Part shown: piece by piece, positions 9,482-16,123 of the stretch
Layout: the number at the start of each line of letters is the position of its first letter
Position numbering within the stretch: the stretch's first letter is position 1
DNA from: a virus
Taxonomy: Duplodnaviria > Caudoviricetes
IMG/VR virus record: IMGVR_UViG_3300025759_000197
Location: 1 to 41,787 of that record
Reading direction: 5' to 3' (one strand)
Length of the DNA: 41,787 bases
The notes under the pieces: model-generated
The model's input: the letters and a program-made list of their open reading frames with translations, nothing else
Database searches by the model: none
Told to the model about the DNA's origin: nothing
Made by a program: the position numbers and the translations under genes

Positions 9482-9584
9482 TGAGAGCAAAAGAAAAGAA
9501 TATACTCTGTGTATCTCTTTGAGTATCTCTTCAAGTACATCATCAAGTAATACATCAAGAGACAATCAACATTAATATATTAAT

Positions 9585-9740
9585 ATGAATAGAACTAACT
9601 GGTTAAAGACAGACGCAGGAAAACTCTACAAAGCCAGAACAAATAAGAATTACAGACAAAAGAAAAAAGAAGACAAAAAGAAATCTTTGAAAGTTAATAA
9701 ATCTTTTTCTTTTCACTTTCCCAAAGAACACAATCCATAA
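9585..9740 (+). CDS. Small basic protein (51 aa) in the T7 gene 19.5 position, not in ORF track
   Basis: MNRTNWLKTDAGKLYKARTNKNYRQKKKEDKKKSLKVNKSFSFHFPKEHNP*; follows the promoter; no clear SD. Confidence 0.5.
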   Translation: MNRTNWLKTDAGKLYKARTNKNYRQKKKEDKKKSLKVNKSFSFHFPKEHNP

Positions 9741-10063
9741 GTGATTTAATTAATATTCCTACATAATCCCATTTAATCCTTTAATCTCCCATAATTGCCT
9801 ATTTATAGGGTTTATTAACTATTTTACAGGTGCGACACTGTGTCAGGTTCTATTATCCACAAATACATATATTCAAGGGGAATGTTTATTTTTTTAAAAT
9901 TTTTTGATAATCTACAGGCTCTATTAGCCATTTCAAAAAACAGTGCCAAAGTCGGCTGAAAACCTGCGGATAGGTTTTCTCTGGGCTAGTTGTCTCTAGG
10001 GACTTTGGAAAATCCACTCGGAGTTGGGAACGACCTTTAACGAGGGTTAGCCACTCCAAAAGT

Positions 10064-10125
10064 TTGTGGTTGTCTGTATCTATTAGATACACTGAAGAGG
10101 CTTCGCAAAGCCGAAACAATCAACA
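10064..10125 (+). ncRNA. Hammerhead ribozyme, type III
   Basis: GUC site 10072-74; stem I TGTATC 10075-80/GATACA 10086-91; CUGAAGA 10092-98; stem II GGCTT/AAGCC 10099-10112; GAAA 10113-16; stem III TGGTTGT 10067-73/ACAATCA 10116-22. Confidence 0.9.
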
Positions 10126-10147
10126 ATCAACAATAGGAGTGAACCAC

Positions 10148-10318
10148 ATGAGAATTTCACATGCAGTTCAAAAGATACAAGGTGCTATCTCTCTGGCAAA
10201 GTTCAAAGACGAACAAGCCAAGAAGGAACACTTTGACACCTACTCCAAAGCGAAGACAAAGGAACAAAAAATAAAATTGTTCCGAGAAGCTATCGCAGAA
10301 GGTTGGGTTAGTGCCTAG
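10148..10318 (+). CDS. Early protein (56 aa), hypothetical
   Basis: SD AGGAG 10135-39 supports ATG 10148 rather than the track start at 10064, which would run through the ribozyme. Confidence 0.75.
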   Translation: MRISHAVQKIQGAISLAKFKDEQAKKEHFDTYSKAKTKEQKIKLFREAIAEGWVSA

Positions 10319-10469
10319 ACAATTAAATTTGTTTAGTGCTGAAGAGTTGGCGGACTGTTATTTACATTCAGTTGTAATTAAGAGAGTTCGCCAAGCTCTA
10401 CACAAAGAGAAACAGAAAAAACAGAAACTTGGTCAGGTGATAAAGTTTCCTATTAAATTTGTTTCTTAA
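10311..10469 (+). CDS. Early protein (52 aa) with QLNLF motif, not in ORF track
   Basis: GTG start; MPRQLNLFSAEELADCYLHSVVIKRVRQALHKEKQKKQKLGQVIKFPIKFVS*; TAATG coupling to the next gene. Confidence 0.65.
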   Translation: MPRQLNLFSAEELADCYLHSVVIKRVRQALHKEKQKKQKLGQVIKFPIKFVS

Positions 10470-10648
10470 TGTTTTACAGTCCAAAGTATTGGGCGGAGTT
10501 AAAAGCCAAACGCAAAGCAGAAGAAAAGAAACTTGAAATTGTTTCTAGTGCAGAGCAGGACGCAGAAGCCAAACAAGAACAGGCAGAGGCGGACAAGTTG
10601 GCAAAAGACAAATTCCACCAATGGAAAGTGAAATATTCTAAAATCTAA
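10469..10648 (+). CDS. Early coiled-coil protein (59 aa), not in ORF track
   Basis: MFYSPKYWAELKAKRKAEEKK...FHQWKVKYSKI*. Confidence 0.7.
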   Translation: MFYSPKYWAELKAKRKAEEKKLEIVSSAEQDAEAKQEQAEADKLAKDKFHQWKVKYSKI

Positions 10649-10710
10649 AACAATGGGCGGTGCAATATCCGCCCTTGTTCAATCAACAATCAACAACAAT
10701 GGAGACCACA

Positions 10711-10995
10711 ATGAACGTAAGACAAATGACAAGCCCAAGAAGCCACAACGCTGTGGCAAATCAATTCATTATTAACGACAACAATGGAAATCAATATTTT
10801 CAAAGTTATCGTTCTTTAATAGTAAAAAAATGTGCTGATGGCAGAATATTCCTAGACGAGAACACTTGGGACTATTCAAGAACGACAGGAAAATACAGAA
10901 ATGAATTTCTTGGCGAGAATACAGCAGAGACACGAAAAAAGATAAAAAGCGGAGAATACATTTTGACCGACTTAAACAGCAAGGCGGTGGCGTAA
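10711..10995 (+). CDS. Conserved phage early protein, function unknown
   Basis: SD GGAG 10701-04; ANQFII, FQSY.S.I, WDYSRTT.KY motifs recurrent in phage early regions. Confidence 0.8.
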   Translation: MNVRQMTSPRSHNAVANQFIINDNNGNQYFQSYRSLIVKKCADGRIFLDENTWDYSRTTGKYRNEFLGENTAETRKKIKSGEYILTDLNSKAVA

Positions 10996-11159
10996 TGTTT
11001 AGAGCAATTTTAATTGCAATAGCTTTTGCACTTTGTTTTGCTTTGATGTTTCTAGGTGTTATTATTTCAATTCATTTTAGCACTTGGCTAGGTCTAGCAT
11101 TAACAGCAGTGGCAACTTTAAAATTCTGGTCATACTTACCAGAGTTAAACCAAATATAA
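10995..11159 (+). CDS. Early two-TM membrane protein (54 aa), not in ORF track
   Basis: MFRAILIAIAFALCFALMFLGVIISIHFSTWLGLALTAVATLKFWSYLPELNQI*; TAATG coupling. Confidence 0.7.
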   Translation: MFRAILIAIAFALCFALMFLGVIISIHFSTWLGLALTAVATLKFWSYLPELNQI

Positions 11160-11350
11160 AACTTGAAGCGGTGGCAGGTCTACCGCTTTGAGATTTATAT
11201 TGCGTAAATAACTTGCGAGGATAAGCAAGGATAAAGCAATAAAAATCAAATGTTGTCTAGTTTTGCGTTAACTCTTCGGTGGTTCTTTAATCACAGTCAA
11301 CGCTTCACTAGACGACATTTTTAAATCAACAATCAACAAAGGAGAAAAAC

Positions 11351-11581
11351 ATGTACACAAGTATAGAAAATGTAAAACTAACTGAAGTTGAAACAGAAAA
11401 AGGCAAATGGAAAGGCAAAAAGTTTGTCAATTATAAAAACCCTATTGAGAAAAACAAAAAAGTTGTTTTTGAAGATGAATACTCAAACTTAATGGATATT
11501 GCTTCAGAAGTAAAACACGCTTCAGAGAGAAGCCCTCACAAAGTAATTAGGGTTAGCTTTGATGTAAGTGCGGAGTGGTAA
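11351..11581 (+). CDS. Early protein, hypothetical
   Basis: ORF track; SD AAAGGAG. Confidence 0.8.
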   Translation: MYTSIENVKLTEVETEKGKWKGKKFVNYKNPIEKNKKVVFEDEYSNLMDIASEVKHASERSPHKVIRVSFDVSAEW

Positions 11582-11585
11582 TTGA

Positions 11586-11756
11586 GTGAGTTATAAAAAA
11601 TACAAAATAAGAGATGGCGTTCACATACCAAGCGATAAATTTCGCAAAAATTGGGACGCCATCTTTGGCAAGAAACCAAAAAAACCTAAAAAAAACACAA
11701 TTACAAAAAGCAAAACTGACGAGGTTTTAATAACCGAAACGCCTTCTAAAAACTAG
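11586..11756 (+). CDS. Small basic early protein (56 aa), not in ORF track
   Basis: GTG start with GGAG SD; MSYKKYKIRDGVHIPSDKFRKNWDAIFGKKPKK...ETPSKN*. Confidence 0.65.
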   Translation: MSYKKYKIRDGVHIPSDKFRKNWDAIFGKKPKKPKKNTITKSKTDEVLITETPSKN

Positions 11757-11777
11757 GCGGCGTATTTTGCACGTGAA
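11700..11777 (+). ncRNA. Hammerhead ribozyme, type I
   Basis: Stem I GCAAAA 11710-15/TTTTGC 11765-70; CUGACGA 11716-22; stem II GGTT/AACC 11723-35; GAAA 11736-39; stem III ACGCC 11739-43/GGCGT 11759-63; GUA site, cut after A11764. Confidence 0.88.
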
Positions 11778-11794
11778 TATCGCATAAAATCTTC

Positions 11795-11824
11795 TTGCAC
11801 ATATTATGTGCGACAGGATAGCAT
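11795..11824 (+). promoter_or_regulatory. Putative sigma70 promoter with overlapping palindromic operator
   Basis: TTGCAC-N18-TAGCAT; perfect palindrome GCACATA-T-TATGTGC over the -35 and spacer. Confidence 0.55.
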
Positions 11825-11865
11825 ACGTTATAAAAATAACACATAAGCAAAAAGAAAGGAGAAAC

Positions 11866-11940
11866 GTGAGAAAACATATAGTATATACGTTTAACAATGC
11901 GTGGTGTAATCAATTATTATTAATGCCAAATATAACTTAA
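11866..11940 (+). CDS. Possible 24-aa peptide
   Basis: Strong SD GAAAGGAG plus GTG; MRKHIVYTFNNAWCNQLLLMPNIT*. Confidence 0.4.
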   Translation: MRKHIVYTFNNAWCNQLLLMPNIT

Positions 11941-11953
11941 AAAAGGAGTAAAA

Positions 11954-12082
11954 ATGACAATAAATTTTATTCTTTTTAAAGTCTATATTGAAAAATATAG
12001 TAATTGGAGTAATCTAAAAGTGAGTAAGGATAAATACGAAACAATGGTTGATATTGGCTATTGGAAATTTTATTTATCTTAA
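11954..12082 (+). CDS. Small protein (42 aa), not in ORF track
   Basis: SD AAGGAG; MTINFILFKVYIEKYSNWSNLKVSKDKYETMVDIGYWKFYLS*. Confidence 0.65.
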   Translation: MTINFILFKVYIEKYSNWSNLKVSKDKYETMVDIGYWKFYLS

Positions 12083-12150
12083 CATTAAACAAAGTGTGGT
12101 TGCTTCACTTTGTAAAAACAAGAGACAACAAACAGAAAGAAGAAAGACTA

Positions 12151-12486
12151 ATGACAAGTAGCGGATTAAATCTATTAAAAATAATAGAAGAAATGCGAAA
12201 GTTTGATACACAAATTGAGGCACAGGCTATTGCTGTGTTTTTGTTTGTTGCGGTTCATGGTGGAAAAGAAGGCGTTGCCATGCAAACTATAAGTGACGAC
12301 CTAGACATGGCTCAATCTTCAGTGTCAAGAAACTGTTATAAATTAGCAGATGTAAATAGACACAAAAAGACTGGGATAGGTTTAGTACAGACTTTTGAAG
12401 ACCCAATGGAAAGACGAAGGAAGTTAGTTAGTCTTACATCAAAAGGCAAGAGAGTTTACAATACTCTTTTGGAATGGGTTAAATAA
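12151..12486 (+). CDS. MarR-like winged-HTH regulator (candidate repressor or recombination directionality factor)
   Basis: ISDDLDMAQSSVSRNCYKL helix-turn-helix and DPMERRRKLVSLTSKG wing; adjacent to integrase; ATG 12151 preferred over TTG 12061. Confidence 0.85.
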   Translation: MTSSGLNLLKIIEEMRKFDTQIEAQAIAVFLFVAVHGGKEGVAMQTISDDLDMAQSSVSRNCYKLADVNRHKKTGIGLVQTFEDPMERRRKLVSLTSKGKRVYNTLLEWVK

Positions 12487-12505
12487 CAATGAAAGGCGGT
12501 ACAGT

Positions 12506-13387
12506 ATGCAGAGTACAAATCCAAAACTGCTTACAGAAATACACCGCAAACTTACTCTTAAAGGGTGGGAAAAGTTACAACAAAAACGAGCCGAAAAAAT
12601 AATTACAATGTTAGGTCGTGGAATGTTAGTAACTGAAGTAACTGATAATCATGTAGAACATGTTGTTGATACTCTTGAAAACAGAGGTTATCAAGGTTCT
12701 ACAATTAATCGGTATCTGTCCTCACTCTCAAAGATGTTAAGATATGCCAATCAGAGACAATCTATTTATCATCTTGATAGAATGCCTCACATTGATTGGA
12801 ATAGAGAGGACAATGGTAGAGAACGATACCTTGAACTAGAAGAAGAAAAAGAAATTATTAGATTGTTAACCGAATGGAATATGGTTGACTATTTAGAATT
12901 TTTTTTAGTTCTAATAGACACAGGTATGAGACTTGGCGAAGCGTTATCTATTAAGAAGTTAATGGTTCATAACAACAATGGAAACTATGTTGTTAATTTA
13001 CCTGCTAGTGTTACCAAAAATGGTGAACCTAGAGGTGTACCACTAACAGAACGAGCAAAGTCTATTGTTGTCAAACTGTTGGACAAAGCGGAAAGAAACG
13101 ACTTGGTATTTAAACACTTAAAATATTGGACGTGTGAGAATACTTGGAGACGTTTAAGAAAAGCAATGAACCTTGAAGAAGACAAAGAGTTTGTCATTCA
13201 TTGTTTACGACATACTTGTGCTACTAGGTTGGCTCAATCAGGGAAGGTAGAACTTCACATGATTGGTCAAATGCTAGGTCATAAGTCATGGAAGATGATA
13301 AAAAGATACGCCCATTTAATTCCAAATAATTTAATGGGTGCAGTAAATGTTCTTAATGGGATTAATAAAAATATGCAATCCAGTTAA
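12506..13387 (+). CDS. int: Tyrosine recombinase/integrase
   Basis: DTGMRLGE (R), TKNG (K), HCLRHT (HxxR), LGH and RYAH (Y) catalytic set intact. Confidence 0.96.
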   Translation: MQSTNPKLLTEIHRKLTLKGWEKLQQKRAEKIITMLGRGMLVTEVTDNHVEHVVDTLENRGYQGSTINRYLSSLSKMLRYANQRQSIYHLDRMPHIDWNREDNGRERYLELEEEKEIIRLLTEWNMVDYLEFFLVLIDTGMRLGEALSIKKLMVHNNNGNYVVNLPASVTKNGEPRGVPLTERAKSIVVKLLDKAERNDLVFKHLKYWTCENTWRRLRKAMNLEEDKEFVIHCLRHTCATRLAQSGKVELHMIGQMLGHKSWKMIKRYAHLIPNNLMGAVNVLNGINKNMQSS

Positions 13388-13473
13388 GGATTAGTTCTAG
13401 TATGAGGATAGTTGATTAATTATGTTTATTAATACAAGTAAAAGAGACTGTTCCACTGTCGCATGGGTACAAT

Positions 13474-13514
13474 AGGATTTGCAATCCTCTGCGTAACCAT
13501 TCCGCCACGTTGCC
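13474..13514 (-). other. attP core: 5' half of tRNA-Cys(GCA)
   Basis: Minus strand GGCAACGTGGCGGAATGGTTACGCAGAGGATTGCAAATCCT gives acceptor 5' strand, D arm and anticodon arm with GCA; no T arm follows; directly downstream of int. Confidence 0.88.
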
Positions 13515-13639
13515 ATCTCGTTTATTTTATAAGTAAACACTCAACTATTCTCTACTACATCTTTAAAAAATAATCAAAGGACTAAACTTAATTTGTAAGC
13601 CATTCCTTTGGTGCATCAATCAACAAATAGGAGAATAAA

Positions 13640-16099
13640 TTGAAAATACTAGAAATAATGCCGACATACAAAGACCAACACCTAAATGAAACTATGTCTA
13701 AAGATTTAGGTAAAAATAGAACAAACAAAAGGCGTATATCCCATATTGAAAGAGGTGAAGAAAGTGTAACTTCCTATGGTAAAGTCATAGTAGCCAATAC
13801 TATACGACCTTTAGCTATCGCAATAGCAGAATGGGTAGAACAAAGTATTCAAAATGTTCATTCCAAAACTCCCATTGCTCTTAAATATATCTCCCAAGTA
13901 GACCCAAAGATACTGGCGTTGATAACTGCAAAGCATGTAATCAATACTATTACCCATACTAAAAATCTAACTGCTACTGCCATAACACTAGGCGGAAGAG
14001 TTGAGACAGAGATAAGTTTAAAAAACTTTAAGGCTCTTAATCCTGAACTATACGAAACTGTAAGAAGAGATTTAGATAAAAGGTCTTGGAACTACAATTA
14101 TAAAAGAAGAAAGTTAAGAGAAAGTGCTAAACGAGACAGTGTTATGAAGTGGGAAGAATGGTCTACTACTGAAAGACTACATGTTGGAATGGAATTGATA
14201 GGTCTGCTTATTGAAAGTACAGGACTTGTTGAAATCTCCCAAGAACAACATAAGCATAAAACTGTTAAAGTTATTAAACAAACTGAAAAGACTAAACAGT
14301 GGATTAACAATAGAAATGACTTTAACGAACTATTAAACCCTGAATACTTAATGATGGTTATGCCACCAAAAATGGTTGAAGATGGGAAAATTTCTGGTCA
14401 TGGATATTGGACTGATGAACTCCCAGATTTAGATTTAGTTAAACAAAAAGGTAAGAAATTTAACCAAGAGATAGAAGGTTTTTCTATGCCTGAAGTAACT
14501 AAAGCTATTAACTTAATGCAGGGTACAGCTTATAAAATTAATAGATTTGTCCTTAATGTAATGCAAAATGCTTGGGACAAAGGAATGTCTATTGGTGGTA
14601 TGCCACCCATAGAAAACCTGCCATTACCTAATAAGCCTCATAATATAAGTGAAGACACTGAAGAGGGCAAAGCCGCACTCAAAAAGTTTAAGAAAGATAG
14701 TGTCATTGTTCACACAGAGAATAACAGAATGGTATCAAAGAGGTTATTGTACGCTAAAATTATTTGGTTAGCCCAAAAGTTTGTACAATATCTAACACTT
14801 TATTTCCCACTACAATTAGATTTTAGAGGTAGGGCTTATTGTGTTCCTGCTTTTTTAAACTATCAGTCTATTGGTGGTGCTAAAGCATTGCTTAATTTTT
14901 CAGAGGGCAAAGCTATTACTAAAGAAAATAGAGGTGTCTTTTGGTTAGCTGTTCATGGCTCTAACATGTGGGGTAATGATAAAGTCTCATTAGAAGATAG
15001 AGAAAAATGGGCTTACGATAACCTAGAATGGATAAAAGCCTGTGGTACTGACCCAATAAGTAATAGACAATGGGAAGACGCAGATAGTCCTTTTCAGTTT
15101 CTTGCTTTTTGTGATGAATGGAAAAGATACCATGACACAGGAGATGGCTTTGTTTCTCATATACCTGTAAACGTAGATGGCTCTTGTAATGGGCTTCAAA
15201 TTTATTCTCTTTTATTAAGAGATAAAGTTGCAGGTAAATTAGTTAACTGTATTCCTAGTGAAACACCGCAAGACATATACCAATTAGTTGCTGATGAAGT
15301 TATTAAAACTTTAAAAGTTAAAGCTGAAGAAGGTGATGACTTGGCGAAGAAATGGTTAGCTTATGGTGTTAAGCGTTCTACTTGTAAAAGACCTATTATG
15401 ACAATTTGTTATGGGTCTACTAGATATTCTTGTACTGACTTTGTAGTAGAAGATTTAACTAAACGAAAAGATAAAGGTGAAATGCACCCTTTTGATGACA
15501 TGTTTAAACCTGCTACTTATTTGTCTAAAATTATTTGGTCAAGTATAGGTGAAAACTTAAAGTCAGCTAGACAAGGAATGGATTTTTTACAAGGCATAGC
15601 GAAAGTTATTGCTAAAACAGGTCAGCCAATACATTGGACTACACCTGTTGGATTTCCAGTATTTCAATTCTATCCTGAAATGAAAAGTAAAAGAATAAAA
15701 TCAAATCTTATGGGAGAAGTTATTATGCCTCAAATAAAAGAAGAAACTGAAGGTACTGACAAACTACGAACTCGTAATGCGGCGGCGGCTAATTATGTTC
15801 ACAGCCTAGATAGTGCTTGTATGATTAGAACTGTTAATATTGCAAAAGAAAAAGGTATTAATAATTTTTGTAATGTGCATGACAGCTTTGCTACCCATGC
15901 TTGTGATATTGATAAACTTAATGAAAGCATAAGAGAAGCATTTGTAGAAATCTTTAGTGAAGATTTATTTGGCAAATTAAAAAAAGATGCTTCGCTTTTA
16001 GTGGAAGACAAGGAAGCTGTTAAAAGGTTTCCTGAAGTTCCTGAAAATGGCGACTTGGAATTGGCTTTACTACATCAATCCAAGTTTTTCTTTGCCTAA
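13640..16099 (+). CDS. Single-subunit DNA-directed RNA polymerase (T7 gp1-like)
   Basis: DFRGRAY, VDGSCNGLQ (motif A), RSTCKRPIMTICYG (motif B), VHDSF (motif C); TTG start with SD AGGAG. Confidence 0.98.
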   Translation: MKILEIMPTYKDQHLNETMSKDLGKNRTNKRRISHIERGEESVTSYGKVIVANTIRPLAIAIAEWVEQSIQNVHSKTPIALKYISQVDPKILALITAKHVINTITHTKNLTATAITLGGRVETEISLKNFKALNPELYETVRRDLDKRSWNYNYKRRKLRESAKRDSVMKWEEWSTTERLHVGMELIGLLIESTGLVEISQEQHKHKTVKVIKQTEKTKQWINNRNDFNELLNPEYLMMVMPPKMVEDGKISGHGYWTDELPDLDLVKQKGKKFNQEIEGFSMPEVTKAINLMQGTAYKINRFVLNVMQNAWDKGMSIGGMPPIENLPLPNKPHNISEDTEEGKAALKKFKKDSVIVHTENNRMVSKRLLYAKIIWLAQKFVQYLTLYFPLQLDFRGRAYCVPAFLNYQSIGGAKALLNFSEGKAITKENRGVFWLAVHGSNMWGNDKVSLEDREKWAYDNLEWIKACGTDPISNRQWEDADSPFQFLAFCDEWKRYHDTGDGFVSHIPVNVDGSCNGLQIYSLLLRDKVAGKLVNCIPSETPQDIYQLVADEVIKTLKVKAEEGDDLAKKWLAYGVKRSTCKRPIMTICYGSTRYSCTDFVVEDLTKRKDKGEMHPFDDMFKPATYLSKIIWSSIGENLKSARQGMDFLQGIAKVIAKTGQPIHWTTPVGFPVFQFYPEMKSKRIKSNLMGEVIMPQIKEETEGTDKLRTRNAAAANYVHSLDSACMIRTVNIAKEKGINNFCNVHDSFATHACDIDKLNESIREAFVEIFSEDLFGKLKKDASLLVEDKEAVKRFPEVPENGDLELALLHQSKFFFA

Positions 16100-16123
16100 A
16101 CCTATGCACATGTGGATAGGATT

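Noticed and set aside
9211-9575. Track ORFs 9211..9459 and 9333..9575
   Set aside because: Low-complexity translations of a structured, repeat-rich tract; no SD; the second crosses the promoter.
10339-10415. CTGAAGA followed by a stem and a later GAAAC, as a third hammerhead
   Set aside because: GAAA is not adjacent to the end of the stem, and stems I and III with an NUH site cannot be built.
10441-10457. TAAAGTTTCCTATTAAA resembling the phage promoter
   Set aside because: Needs a deletion and lacks the terminal G; lies within coding sequence.
13474-13514. Functional tRNA-Cys gene
   Set aside because: No T arm or 3' acceptor strand; it is better explained as an attP core.
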